DNA of 49,531 bases, taken from an uncultured Gammaproteobacteria bacterium. Lineage in GTDB: Bacteria; Patescibacteriota; Microgenomatia; UBA1406; GWC2-37-13. The notes below the pieces were generated by a model. It made no database searches, was not told the DNA's origin, and worked only from the letters and a program-made list of their open reading frames with translations. The translations under genes and the position numbers were made by a program. Shown here in pieces: positions 1 through 8,949 of the stretch (its first letter is position 1; each line of letters opens with the position of its first letter). The DNA lies in assembly GCA_964480835.1 (NCBI GenBank), contig CAYZRL010000001.1, positions 1-49,531 on the forward strand, read 5' to 3'.

Positions 1-129
1 TTGACATTCATCTCGTGAAGCGTGATCGAACGATATGGGAACGAGTGCTTATCTTTCTCCACCGGTTTGGCCTCACCCGTAAACCAGCTTCTTCCTAAAC
101 GAGCGGCTCGGATCTATACTTGTTTCACC

Positions 130-1005
130 ATGCGCCCCTTACACATTGCCGTTGGCATAATTCTCGCCTTAATGATAACTATCGCTCTTGGGTGGCGTTA
201 CCCGACTCAAATACTTCAAAATAGCAGCACAGAGACGAATTTGCCCATCGTCGGACATGCGAGAGACTACGGTCTACTTTTGCTTGGGTCGTCGCACGCA
301 CGCACACTTTCGCGCTTTAGTAATCACAGCTTCATGGAACATATACTCAATCGACCGGTGATAAATCTCGCCCAAGGCGGCAACCGAGAATCGGTCAAGA
401 ATCAGTATCTCTACCTCTCGTACTTTTACCAACGACAGAACACAACCTCTACCGTAATCTATCTTCTTGATCCCTATGTGTTTTTCCGGCACTTGCTCCT
501 GCAGAGTCCCCGGGTCTTTGATCGTGAGCCATTCCGTTTTGATTTTTTGCTCACATTGCTGAGGGAAGGGGAGAGGTCGTCAAAAACACTATCGTACCTT
601 CGATCAGCCTTCTCATCGAAGAATCTTCCCCCGACAACAACCAAAAAAACCACATCAACTGCTGAGCGTCATGAGGCGCGTCGGAAGGAACTCTATCGTG
701 AGGAACCGAGTGCGGTAATGATCAAAGAAGACCTCGACTACCTCCTCAAGATTGTAGAGCTTGCACATCGCCATCGCACACGCATTATCATCATCGTCCC
801 ACCGACTCTACTTCCGAGAACGAACCAAGACGATCGAGTCATGGGAATGCTCAAGATGCTCCGGCGGTATCGTACATTCGAGCTCTACGACCTGAGTACA
901 GCGATTCCGGAACAACGATACTACCTCGACTCGGATCACCTCAATACAGACGGTGTCGTTCTATTATTGAAGACCAAACTTCTCCCCATTCTGAAGAATC
1001 GTTAA
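130..1005 (+). CDS. membrane-anchored SGNH/DltD-like (DUF1574-type) esterase/acyltransferase family protein
   Basis: ORF 22..1005 starts at GTG. The first ATG at 130 directly precedes a TM helix (HIAVGIILALMITIALGW). SGNH-like blocks are LLLLGSSHA, AQGG and C-terminal DSDHLN (DxxH). Family assigned by motif only. Confidence 0.5.
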   Translation: MRPLHIAVGIILALMITIALGWRYPTQILQNSSTETNLPIVGHARDYGLLLLGSSHARTLSRFSNHSFMEHILNRPVINLAQGGNRESVKNQYLYLSYFYQRQNTTSTVIYLLDPYVFFRHLLLQSPRVFDREPFRFDFLLTLLREGERSSKTLSYLRSAFSSKNLPPTTTKKTTSTAERHEARRKELYREEPSAVMIKEDLDYLLKIVELAHRHRTRIIIIVPPTLLPRTNQDDRVMGMLKMLRRYRTFELYDLSTAIPEQRYYLDSDHLNTDGVVLLLKTKLLPILKNR

Positions 1006-1937
1006 TCAAGTACGAGCGTGTTGGCGATGAGATCGCCAAGGAATACGCGCCCCTTCTCTGACGGATGAATGTTGTCTTGTGTAGAGATATACTCTCGTTT
1101 TCCATCTCCTCGATTCGTTGCTGTAGATTTTTCGAATGCATTCATCAGAATGACATTTTCATTTTTTGCGATACCAACGGCGTTCTCGAGTTGTTGGATC
1201 ACCTGACCGGACTTCTCGTAGGCGGTTACGGTGTCCCAGTTCGGCCCACTCACTCCGCGCCCAAACTCCGATCGAAGTGGTGCAATGTCTGCGAGCAGAT
1301 AGACGTCCGCTCCGGTCGCTTTTGCCTTTTGTACAAGTTTTGATAACCCTAGCCAATGTCGATCGCGATCATAGGGATCAAATGGGTTATACCCATACGA
1401 ACCAACAATAACAATATCAGGATTCACGATTGGCAACGGAAGGTACTGACGGCCCGATGATGAAAAAGATTGATCAAACCGCTCAACCGCTTGATCGACG
1501 TTTTCTGCCCCTATCCCATAGTTATATAAAATGAAAACGGTCTTGGGATACTTTTTCTTCAGCGCTTTCTCGATCTCGCTCATTCGAGAACCGAACACAT
1601 CCATCATCGAGTCGCCATAGAGCGCGATCTTATATGTACTTTTACGCGGTTGACGAGCGACGTCGTCTGCAAGCTCCGGATCGGTACCCGACTCAGGCTT
1701 TGCGACATCATTCGACTGCGTGGTCTTGGTTGTCTCAACGTATACCCCTTGGACGTCACCCGCTTCCGTCTCTACCTGCGATGCGATGATCTGGGAGTGT
1801 TGTGGTTCCGCCACCCTTCCGAATAATGAAACGGAGAGTGAGAGCGAAACGGCAAATATCCCAAACATCCAGGTAATCGCAAACAGTGCTTTTACGTAAT
1901 TCTTGCTCAGGAGGTGCTGAAAAAAGGTTCGGTTCAT
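1002..1937 (-). CDS. GDSL/SGNH-family lipase/esterase with N-terminal membrane anchor
   Basis: 311-aa ORF with a TM helix near the N-terminus. GDS block IALYGDSMMD, block III GYNP and block V DNIHPSEKG (DxxH). Confidence 0.7.
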   Translation of the reverse strand: MNRTFFQHLLSKNYVKALFAITWMFGIFAVSLSLSVSLFGRVAEPQHSQIIASQVETEAGDVQGVYVETTKTTQSNDVAKPESGTDPELADDVARQPRKSTYKIALYGDSMMDVFGSRMSEIEKALKKKYPKTVFILYNYGIGAENVDQAVERFDQSFSSSGRQYLPLPIVNPDIVIVGSYGYNPFDPYDRDRHWLGLSKLVQKAKATGADVYLLADIAPLRSEFGRGVSGPNWDTVTAYEKSGQVIQQLENAVGIAKNENVILMNAFEKSTATNRGDGKREYISTQDNIHPSEKGRVFLGDLIANTLVLD

Positions 1938-2172
1938 TACAGATAGATTTAGCTATAAAACAAGCTCTACATTAACAATAATAAATTCCGAAAAAAATGT
2001 CAATTGGATTATTCCAACAACATAAATCAAAAATATACTCAACTTTAGGAAGTCACAACAAGCCAGAGCGAACTTCCAGATCCATAAGCACCAAAACTGC
2101 TATGGTGCTAGTTGATACCGCAATACAACAACCCGAGTCGCTCTATTCCATTTTTTTCTGTAAAAATATCTA

Positions 2173-2201
2173 TTGACAAGTGAACTATCGTTCACTACAC
2201 T
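2173..2201 (+). promoter_or_regulatory. sigma70-type promoter of lexA (TTGACA-17-TACACT)
   Basis: TTGACA at 2173-2178, a 17-bp spacer, then TACACT at 2196-2201, about 36 nt upstream of the lexA ATG. Confidence 0.55.
2179..2196. promoter_or_regulatory. LexA operator (SOS/Cheo-type box GAAC-N4-GTTC)
   Basis: AGTGAAC-TATC-GTTCACT with 7-bp inverted arms. It fills the spacer of the lexA promoter, the classic autoregulation layout. Confidence 0.65.
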
Positions 2202-2237
2202 GTTATACGAAGTTAGAAATAGTTACAGAACAATATC

Positions 2238-2804
2238 ATGTCGGACCGTCTCGATAAGCTAAAATCGTTTTATAAGAAAAACCGCCGTCTCCCCACTTAT
2301 AAGGAGATGCTTGCACTTTTTCACTTTTCATCGAAGAATGCGGTCTTCCGTGCAGTGGCAAAACTCATCGAGGAAGGGTTTCTTCAAAAGAAAGCGGGAA
2401 AGCTTGCCCCAACGAGCCGTTTCTTTAGCCTTCCACTCCTTGGGTTAGTAAAGGCCGGATTTCCGATTCTTTCGGAAGAGGACAAGAAGTATCTCACGCT
2501 GGATGAGTACCTGATTGAGGATCCCATCTCATCATTTCTCCTTACGGTCAGCGGTGACTCATTACAGGATTTGGGTATTTTTGAAGGGGATATAGTAATT
2601 ATTGAGCGCCGTCAGAACGCCTCTACTGGATCAATTGTTCTCGCTGAGATCGATCGGCAGTGGACGCTGAAGATTCTACGCAAGGATCACATTAAGCAAC
2701 GCCTCTATCTCGAGTCTGCGAATGCAAAGTATCCTCCGTTCATTCCTCGCGAAGAGCTAAAGATCCACGGAGTGGTCAAGGCAGTCGTCCGAAAGATCCA
2801 CTAA
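2238..2804 (+). CDS. lexA: LexA repressor (S24 peptidase)
   Basis: N-terminal winged-helix region. The C-terminal S24 domain has VSGDSLQDLGIFEGDIVIIE (catalytic Ser context) and TLKIL (Lys). Length is 188 aa. Confidence 0.85.
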   Translation: MSDRLDKLKSFYKKNRRLPTYKEMLALFHFSSKNAVFRAVAKLIEEGFLQKKAGKLAPTSRFFSLPLLGLVKAGFPILSEEDKKYLTLDEYLIEDPISSFLLTVSGDSLQDLGIFEGDIVIIERRQNASTGSIVLAEIDRQWTLKILRKDHIKQRLYLESANAKYPPFIPREELKIHGVVKAVVRKIH

Positions 2805-2806
2805 TA

Positions 2807-4417
2807 TTAGATCTCAACGGAAGAGGTCGTGATAGAGAAGACATTCATCGCAGTTGCAGGATCTCCCTTATACACGCTTGAGATGAGCCTTGTTTCCGGT
2901 ACAGCACGCGCTGGAATATCGAAGTCTCGTCCGAGAACATCGTGGGCAGTTGGTTGGTCGTCCTGCACACGAATAATCGCAATGAGCTGAGGGTTTTTCG
3001 GGTCGATCTGACCATCGATAGACCTGTACACATTGAAGTAATAACACTGCCTACCGGTAGAGATAATTGCTTTCTGAGTTTCTTCGTATATCGGAATACC
3101 AACGTAGTTTTTTCCTCGAATTTTGATCGGTACATTTACCCCATCTGGGGAATGATAGTACCGACGCATCCTATCCAAGAACACCTCGTCACCGCTGGTA
3201 AAACGAAACTGGGGCGTGGGACGAAAACCAGCAGTTGTTTCGATCTCGTCCGGTGAAAAAATAGGGATCTGGATCGCGTCTGACTGGAGCTTAATGCGCT
3301 CTTCATCTTCAAAAAAGGTAAGGCTCGGCTTTTCCCGTTGGCGTTCGAGTTGAGCGTAAATTTTTACAAGACTCGTTGCGTCAGCGAGATTCTTCGCCAT
3401 ATCTCCCTGACTCCAGTACATATCATGTTGCGTATCGATGATGAGGTGTGCGGCAATTCTTGATGCAACCGGTAGACCGTAGATACGAGCGAAAACAGCG
3501 AGGATTTGCGCTCGGATCATTTTATCCTCGCGAACACCACCATCCTCAAGATTATTCTCAATATCGTGGCACTTTATGGCGAGAGCTCCAAAAAAATTTC
3601 GGAACGATTGGTCATCAAAATGGAGATTATCTCCCATTCCAAAACTTGACTGAACTATGTAATGCAGATCGGCCAGCGATCGCACAACCTGTTTCTCAAT
3701 CTCCGCGTCTCGGTTGACAAGGTCTGGTCTGATAAGTTGCTCTCTCACCGCACCGAACACTTCTGATTCATAGATTTGGTCAATCATACCTTTTCTGAGC
3801 TCTCCACGCTTAGTGACTGCGGTAATCATAGTTGTAATTGACTGTACCTTCTGGTCACCAAATTTTTCGAAATAACCTCGGAGGAACTCAGTCCACTTCT
3901 CACGACCTTCAACCAGGATTCCCCGTCGTGGATATCGTAGACGAACATCCTCAATGACATCGTGAAGGAGCGCTGCAGCGATCACCTCTGCCTTATACGC
4001 ATGCTGGTGAACGCGCAAATCAATGGCTTCTTGAGTTCTACTGCCATACTCCGCCATTGTAACCATACGAGGCTCACCGATCATCGCCTCGGCGACAGAG
4101 AGCGTGTGCTGAATATAGGGGATCTGCCTTCTTTCACCCTGATAAAGAACTGTCTGTCGTCTTGTGCGACGACTCACATGATCATTATCCTGATACGCAA
4201 CGACCGCTAAGTTCAGCGCGGTTTGGATGAGCGTTTGATCTTCCGTAGAATATCCCGAGACCTCTATTTTACGACGAAACTCTTGAATAGAGTCCCGAGT
4301 GTACTGAAGAAAAGATTCATTGTTAACGATGGTGTTTGATCGTTGCGCAATAAAAGATCGAAGCTTTTCAGCTTTGGTTTGGGGAGGTCGCGTCCTGCGT
4401 TCGGAGTGTTCTACCAC
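2807..4417 (-). CDS. RelA/SpoT-type HD (metal-dependent phosphohydrolase) domain protein with an unknown ~190-aa C-terminal domain and no synthetase domain
   Basis: HTLSVAE, AALLHDVIEDV and IKCHDIENNLED resemble the SpoT hydrolase motifs (H..., HD, DRLHN-like). GTG start. I recognised no RelA_SpoT synthetase motif. Confidence 0.55.
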   Translation of the reverse strand: MVEHSERRTRPPQTKAEKLRSFIAQRSNTIVNNESFLQYTRDSIQEFRRKIEVSGYSTEDQTLIQTALNLAVVAYQDNDHVSRRTRRQTVLYQGERRQIPYIQHTLSVAEAMIGEPRMVTMAEYGSRTQEAIDLRVHQHAYKAEVIAAALLHDVIEDVRLRYPRRGILVEGREKWTEFLRGYFEKFGDQKVQSITTMITAVTKRGELRKGMIDQIYESEVFGAVREQLIRPDLVNRDAEIEKQVVRSLADLHYIVQSSFGMGDNLHFDDQSFRNFFGALAIKCHDIENNLEDGGVREDKMIRAQILAVFARIYGLPVASRIAAHLIIDTQHDMYWSQGDMAKNLADATSLVKIYAQLERQREKPSLTFFEDEERIKLQSDAIQIPIFSPDEIETTAGFRPTPQFRFTSGDEVFLDRMRRYYHSPDGVNVPIKIRGKNYVGIPIYEETQKAIISTGRQCYYFNVYRSIDGQIDPKNPQLIAIIRVQDDQPTAHDVLGRDFDIPARAVPETRLISSVYKGDPATAMNVFSITTSSVEI

Positions 4418-4423
4418 AGGTAT

Positions 4424-4432
4424 ATTATATCA
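4424..4432 (-). promoter_or_regulatory. extended -10 box (TGATATAAT) 6 nt upstream of GTG 4417; leaderless-type promoter
   Basis: The minus strand reads CATGATATAATATACCT-GTG. Confidence 0.45.
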
Positions 4433-4489
4433 TGAAACAGTCCTATAGTATAGCGCTGTTGGTTCCACTACCCCTGAATTCGGTTGAGT

Positions 4490-6265
4490 TCAGTGCAGAC
4501 CAAACTGCTTGAGGAGCTTCTCGTTTCCTTGGATCTGATAGGTGAGGAGATCCTTATAGACACCTTTCTTCGTAGAAAGCTCCTGAGGGCTCCCTTTTTG
4601 GCTTATTTTTCCATCCTCCACGACGAGTATTGTATCTACGTTCTGAATAGTTGAGAATCGGTGCGCGATGATGATCGTGAGCCGATTTTTCATCAGGTTC
4701 TCGAGTCCAGTTTGCACCTCCATCTCCGACTTCGAGTCGAGACTCGAGGTTGCCTCGTCGAGGATGAGAATAGGGGAGTCTTTGAGAATTGCTCGTGCGA
4801 TCTGTATGCGCTGCTTCTGACCTCCAGAGAGCCGAACTCCTCGTTCGCCAACTTCGGTATCGATTCCTTTCTCAAATCCACTCACAAAGTCCCATGCATT
4901 TGCGAGCTTGAGTGCGCGAATTACATCTTTCTCAGTTGCGGATGAATTTCCATACGCAACATTTTCACGGATCGTTGTTGAGAACAGCTCGTTTTCCTGA
5001 AAGACCAGAGAAATATTATTTCTGATCACCTGATGGCTGAGCTTTTTGTATGAAGTTCCGTTGAGGAGGACGTCTCCCTTTGTAGCGTTATAGAACTTGA
5101 GGATAAGGTTCACAATCGTTGTTTTGCCAGCACCGCTATGACCGACGAGCGCTGCCTTTTCCTTGTTGTGGAGTGAAAAAGAAATATCCTTCAGTACCGG
5201 ATGCGACTTTTCATAGGTAAATGCAACGCCCTTAAACTCGAGATTCGTCTTGGTAAATTTCTTCGAAGAGTAGTTCTCCGTTGTTTCGAACGGCTCGACG
5301 CCCTCGGTGTCCATAATTTCAAAGAACTCCTTTGTTCCAGCCTCTGCTTCCTGAATTCTCGTGAGAATGAAGGACATACCAAACAATGGCCATCGCACCT
5401 GATAAAGGAGCTGGAGCAACAGCGTCATTTCACCAAGTGTGTATGTCTTATCAAATGTTCCTTTAAACACAAGAAAGCTAACGAGTGAGATAACCACCGT
5501 AAGACTCACCTCGCGGATGAAATCAATGCGATGAAACTCAGAGCTCTGTTGTGCATAGTACTCATTGATCTCAGCAAGGCTTTTACGCGTACTGCCAAAT
5601 TCGAGTGGTTCTGTAATAAAGCTTTTTACGAGCTTGATATTACTGATCACCTCACTCATACGAGAGCGCATCTTGTCCTCAATTGGATTCTTCTTTGACT
5701 CATACTTTCCCCATTGTTTCGTCGAGTAATAACTAATCAGAATGTAGATTGGGAAGATTGAGAAAATAATCAGTGCAATTACCCAGCTGTAGTATGCGAG
5801 AAAAATCGTGATCACAAATGCCTGAAGGAGGGTTGGAATAATAAAGTTCGTAGCAGTATTCACAAACGACTGCATCACAAACAGTCCACGAGTAAGTTGA
5901 TTAATGATTTTTCCCGACATTTCACCATCGTAATAGCTCTGCGGGAGCGTCAAAATTTTGTAGTAAAACTGTTCTGTCCAAAACTTTCGAAGCTGACCGG
6001 AGAGGTGATCGCCAACTCGATTACTCAGTGCGGTGACGAGGTTATAGAGTGCTCCCATCACAAAGAACAAACCGGCATAAAGCACGAGCTGAGAATAGTT
6101 TCCGCCTTTTCCTTGAATTTGATTCGCAATGGTGTCAACGATCAGTTTTGAGAACAACGGCATCGCGAGACTGATAAACACACCGGCGACGATCAGGACG
6201 CAGGCAAGAATAAACCACCACGTATACTGCTTAGAGAGCGCAATAATCCGTCCGATATTTTTCAT
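4490..6265 (-). CDS. ABC transporter, fused permease/ATPase (MsbA/multidrug exporter type)
   Basis: Six-TM N-terminal half. Walker A GHSGAGKTT, signature LSGGQKQR, Walker B ILILDEATS and H-loop IIIAHR. Confidence 0.9.
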   Translation of the reverse strand: MKNIGRIIALSKQYTWWFILACVLIVAGVFISLAMPLFSKLIVDTIANQIQGKGGNYSQLVLYAGLFFVMGALYNLVTALSNRVGDHLSGQLRKFWTEQFYYKILTLPQSYYDGEMSGKIINQLTRGLFVMQSFVNTATNFIIPTLLQAFVITIFLAYYSWVIALIIFSIFPIYILISYYSTKQWGKYESKKNPIEDKMRSRMSEVISNIKLVKSFITEPLEFGSTRKSLAEINEYYAQQSSEFHRIDFIREVSLTVVISLVSFLVFKGTFDKTYTLGEMTLLLQLLYQVRWPLFGMSFILTRIQEAEAGTKEFFEIMDTEGVEPFETTENYSSKKFTKTNLEFKGVAFTYEKSHPVLKDISFSLHNKEKAALVGHSGAGKTTIVNLILKFYNATKGDVLLNGTSYKKLSHQVIRNNISLVFQENELFSTTIRENVAYGNSSATEKDVIRALKLANAWDFVSGFEKGIDTEVGERGVRLSGGQKQRIQIARAILKDSPILILDEATSSLDSKSEMEVQTGLENLMKNRLTIIIAHRFSTIQNVDTILVVEDGKISQKGSPQELSTKKGVYKDLLTYQIQGNEKLLKQFGLH

Positions 6266-6273
6266 CTCAGTAC

Positions 6274-6282
6274 ATTATAACA
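6274..6282 (-). promoter_or_regulatory. extended -10 box (TGTTATAAT) 8 nt upstream of ATG 6265
   Basis: The minus strand reads CTGTTATAATGTACTGAG-ATG. Confidence 0.45.
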
Positions 6283-6362
6283 GCATGCTGTATGAGGAAT
6301 GGTGTCGTATAAATACACGTCTTGAAAGTTTTTCTATCCTTCATTACAATGCCAGATAACCT

Positions 6363-7004
6363 ATGAATCATTTTTTTACGGCTCTTGGAAAACTAACCCT
6401 TTTTGTCCTTTTGATTGGGGTTGTCGGTGGGGGAGCGTACTATCTCGGTACGAAGAATCCTTCAACTGAGACAACGAAGAAAGAGTTTATTGTCGCCTCG
6501 AGTGATACGCTCGTTTCGCCGACACTCACAACCACAACAACGTCCGCTCAAGAGAAAACCACGGTGGTTGCAGGAGCAAAACAGATGACTCCGTATATAG
6601 TATCTGTTCCTACCAGCTGGACAACAAAAAATGATCTTGCCCAAGACGATATGGACAAATTGATCATCTCAAAGGACGGATATATGATCACTATCTATCA
6701 AGCGGGCATGGGCGGCATGATCTATTCATTCCCCGATACTCCGCAGGATGATGGACCGATGGTACAAAAATACACGGGCTCGTACACTGACTTTGTGGGG
6801 CTTAACGAAGAAAAGTATCGAAGAATAGACTCTACATCGCAAAATAAGCCAGGTGAAAAGTCGTTCACGGTGTTAATGAAAGGAACGTCGGCGTTTACAA
6901 ACCCAACAACATTTGGCGCGATTTCATACACAACTCCGTTGAGTCCTGATTCGAAGGTGCTTGGCGAGATGGATCAAATCATAGCCTCTCTTCAGAAGAA
7001 GTAA
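6363..7004 (+). CDS. hypothetical membrane-anchored/secreted protein with a Thr-rich linker
   Basis: 213-aa ORF with an N-terminal TM helix (LTLFVLLIGVVGGGAYYL) and a T-rich stretch. No recognisable catalytic motif. Confidence 0.6.
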   Translation: MNHFFTALGKLTLFVLLIGVVGGGAYYLGTKNPSTETTKKEFIVASSDTLVSPTLTTTTTSAQEKTTVVAGAKQMTPYIVSVPTSWTTKNDLAQDDMDKLIISKDGYMITIYQAGMGGMIYSFPDTPQDDGPMVQKYTGSYTDFVGLNEEKYRRIDSTSQNKPGEKSFTVLMKGTSAFTNPTTFGAISYTTPLSPDSKVLGEMDQIIASLQKK

Positions 7005-7018
7005 CGCACATACAAGGG

Positions 7019-7090
7019 TGCGCCTAGAGGGAATCGAACCCCCATCACTGGTTCCGAAGACCAGTGCTCTATCCGTTGAGCTATAGGCGC
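7019..7090 (-). tRNA. tRNA-Arg (anticodon TCG)
   Basis: The reverse complement folds as a cloverleaf. Acceptor GCGCCTA/TAGGCGC, D-arm GCTC..GAGC, anticodon stem CTGGT/ACCAG with loop CTTCGGA, and T-loop GGTTCGATTCC. CCA is not encoded (the 3' flank reads A-CCC). Confidence 0.9.
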
Positions 7091-7109
7091 TATAATCGTC
7101 TAAATCCAT

Positions 7110-7115
7110 TATACT
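7110..7115 (+). promoter_or_regulatory. -10 box (TATACT) 6 nt upstream of ATG 7122
   Basis: Sequence reads TATACT-ATACCG-ATG. Confidence 0.4.
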
Positions 7116-7121
7116 ATACCG

Positions 7122-7685
7122 ATGTCCTCATATATATATGTTACAGTTCTCGCATTAGAGGCGCTCCTTCTGATCGGAATTTCAACATATCTCTTCTTCC
7201 TTATCTACTCGTCATTGAAAGGGTCACCGTATGTGCCGTCGAAGACAAAACAACTTCTTACCTTGCTTGCTGTGATACAACCAACAAAAAAAACAAGAAT
7301 CTTGGAACTTGGGTGTGGAGATGGTAGGTTTTTACGACTTGCAGCGAAGAAATATCGCGCATCAGGTCTCGGTATCGACATCAACCCTGTCGTCCTCTTG
7401 AAAGCAAAGATTGCGTCATCGCTGCAGAAGGTGCGAACGGTTGAGTTTCGGAATCTAAACATCTCAGACCAGCCGTTGGAAGGCTTCCAGCTCATCTACC
7501 TTTTTTTAATGCCAAAACTTCTCGGTCAACTCGCGCCACGCCTGAAACGAGATCTTCGACCATCGACACTCGTCATCTCGCACGGTTTTAAGATCCCCGG
7601 ATGTGATCGGTACATCACACGAACACTGCTTGGCGATCCCTTCGATTTTTACTTCTACCGCTTCCCAAAGAGAAAATCGCGTTGA
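7122..7685 (+). CDS. class I SAM-dependent methyltransferase with an N-terminal TM helix
   Basis: Motif I is ILELGCGDGRF and post-I is GLGIDINP. The YVPS segment precedes the fold, as in small membrane-anchored methyltransferases. Confidence 0.75.
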   Translation: MSSYIYVTVLALEALLLIGISTYLFFLIYSSLKGSPYVPSKTKQLLTLLAVIQPTKKTRILELGCGDGRFLRLAAKKYRASGLGIDINPVVLLKAKIASSLQKVRTVEFRNLNISDQPLEGFQLIYLFLMPKLLGQLAPRLKRDLRPSTLVISHGFKIPGCDRYITRTLLGDPFDFYFYRFPKRKSR

Positions 7686-7704
7686 TCTCATAGTGGTTTT
7701 TTAC

Positions 7705-7710
7705 TATAGT
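7705..7710 (+). promoter_or_regulatory. -10 box (TATAGT) 6 nt upstream of ATG 7717
   Basis: Sequence reads TATAGT-TGATGC-ATG. Confidence 0.4.
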
Positions 7711-7716
7711 TGATGC

Positions 7717-8292
7717 ATGCGCAAACGAACCATCTTCTGGATTGGCTTGTTTGCAGTCCTGTTCGTCGCGAACCTCGTCATTGCGACCACCTACGTTCAA
7801 AAGGTTCGTCGGCTCGCGAGTGCAAAAGCCGTACTTGACGAGATCGACTCAGGATATGAGTATGATCAGTCCTTTGCTACCGAGGGTGTTACCGGAGAAG
7901 CGAAGGTGGGAGACGGGCGAATCGCGAACCTCAAACGATTCTTTCGCCGATACAACTCACCGCTCTATGATCATGCAGATGTAATTGTCGAAACGGCCGA
8001 CCAGTATAAATTTGATTATCGACTCATCCCCGCAATTGCAATGCAGGAGTCTGGACTCTGTCGTGTCATTCCAAACGACTCACATAACTGTTGGGGATGG
8101 GGAATCTACGGCTCAACCGTTACACGATTTGCATCATACCCCGACGCGATCCGCGCGGTATCAAAAGGAATTCGTGAAGGGTACATCGATAAGGGGCTGA
8201 CTACCACCGAGCAGATCATGGCGAAGTACACACCCTCTTCAAACGGTAGTTGGGCGCGAGGGGTAAATACATTTATTCGGGCACTAGAGTAA
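7717..8292 (+). CDS. membrane-anchored GH73-like (N-acetylglucosaminidase-type) peptidoglycan hydrolase, paralog A
   Basis: N-terminal TM helix. AIAMQESGLC...NCWGWGIY resembles the GH73 ESxxG ... NNxFG pattern. The C-terminal half aligns by eye with ORF 9834..10412 (YPDAIRAVSKGIREGYIDKG versus WADAIQTVGKGLRYDYIDRG). Confidence 0.5.
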   Translation: MRKRTIFWIGLFAVLFVANLVIATTYVQKVRRLASAKAVLDEIDSGYEYDQSFATEGVTGEAKVGDGRIANLKRFFRRYNSPLYDHADVIVETADQYKFDYRLIPAIAMQESGLCRVIPNDSHNCWGWGIYGSTVTRFASYPDAIRAVSKGIREGYIDKGLTTTEQIMAKYTPSSNGSWARGVNTFIRALE

Positions 8293-8300
8293 CGAGCGGA

Positions 8301-8936
8301 TTACTGTACGTTTCGTGTTACTTGGAGTTCCTGTGAGAGTGAGTACTGGGTACCCATGCTCTTGGTTCGAGAAGCGAAAAGCGATCCTCGTTTCTTTTTC
8401 TTTGACATCATTGCCTGAAGCCACGTCCCTGACTCACCGATCTTCAATCGAAGAGTGCGAAGGAGTGAGAGAATGACCTCCAAAAATGATGCATCGTAGA
8501 GCTTTGCTCCCTCTCGAGATGAACCAAGCGTGAGCTTTTCAACGTCCTTTACTTCTTCTAATAGCGCCTGATTTTGTCGCTTGATGAGCGCAACTTCTTG
8601 CTTGACCTGCTCAATCAACTGCTGAATCTCTGCAATTTCATTCTTTACCGTGACATGCTCATGATGTTCGTGGAAGCGAAAAACCGGCTTTGCCTCCTTT
8701 TTCTTTGGCTGTTGAGGCGCCTCGTGGTGAGAAGGTGCTCCATGGCTCTCGTAGCCATAATCTAGATCATCAAAGTCACCCATAAACTGATCAAATGCAC
8801 CCTTAGCAATACCGCCAAGCTCCTGCCCAGTTTGTTTCACAGCAGAACTACCCAGATCAGCAATGGTCTCGATTGGGTTTACCCCACGCAAATGAGCATG
8901 GGTCTTTTTTGTCTGTGCAGTCTTCGTTGCACTCAT
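8301..8936 (-). CDS. hypothetical protein with a His-rich segment and central coiled coil
   Basis: 211-aa ORF containing HEHHEHVTVKNEIAEIQQLIEQVKQEVALIKRQNQALLEEVK (heptad-like). No catalytic motif. Confidence 0.55.
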   Translation of the reverse strand: MSATKTAQTKKTHAHLRGVNPIETIADLGSSAVKQTGQELGGIAKGAFDQFMGDFDDLDYGYESHGAPSHHEAPQQPKKKEAKPVFRFHEHHEHVTVKNEIAEIQQLIEQVKQEVALIKRQNQALLEEVKDVEKLTLGSSREGAKLYDASFLEVILSLLRTLRLKIGESGTWLQAMMSKKKKRGSLFASRTKSMGTQYSLSQELQVTRNVQ

Positions 8937-8943
8937 GAATCGG

Positions 8944-8949
8944 ATTTTA
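8944..8949 (-). promoter_or_regulatory. -10 box (TAAAAT) 7 nt upstream of ATG 8936
   Basis: The minus strand reads TAGTAAAAT-CCGATTC-ATG. The box overlaps the tig stop region. Confidence 0.4.

Noticed and set aside
22-129. N-terminal extensions proposed by the ORF track. Examples are 22..129, 32785..32820 for pilB, 32768..32863 for the holB-like gene, 45237..45314 and 45845..45934 for the pilins, and 39032..39070.
   Set aside because: The extensions start at GTG or TTG, or run through promoter, terminator or repeat DNA. They would bury the prepilin leader or signal peptides. Downstream ATGs with proper promoter context give canonical N-termini.
1938-2172. The 235-bp AT-rich divergent spacer upstream of lexA, with two stem-loops (GGAAGT-N18-ACTTCC and AGCACCA-N9-TGGTGCT), considered as a possible small RNA.
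   Set aside because: The stems are short with large loops, there is no convincing terminator, and the region is needed for two divergent promoters. The evidence is insufficient for an RNA gene call.
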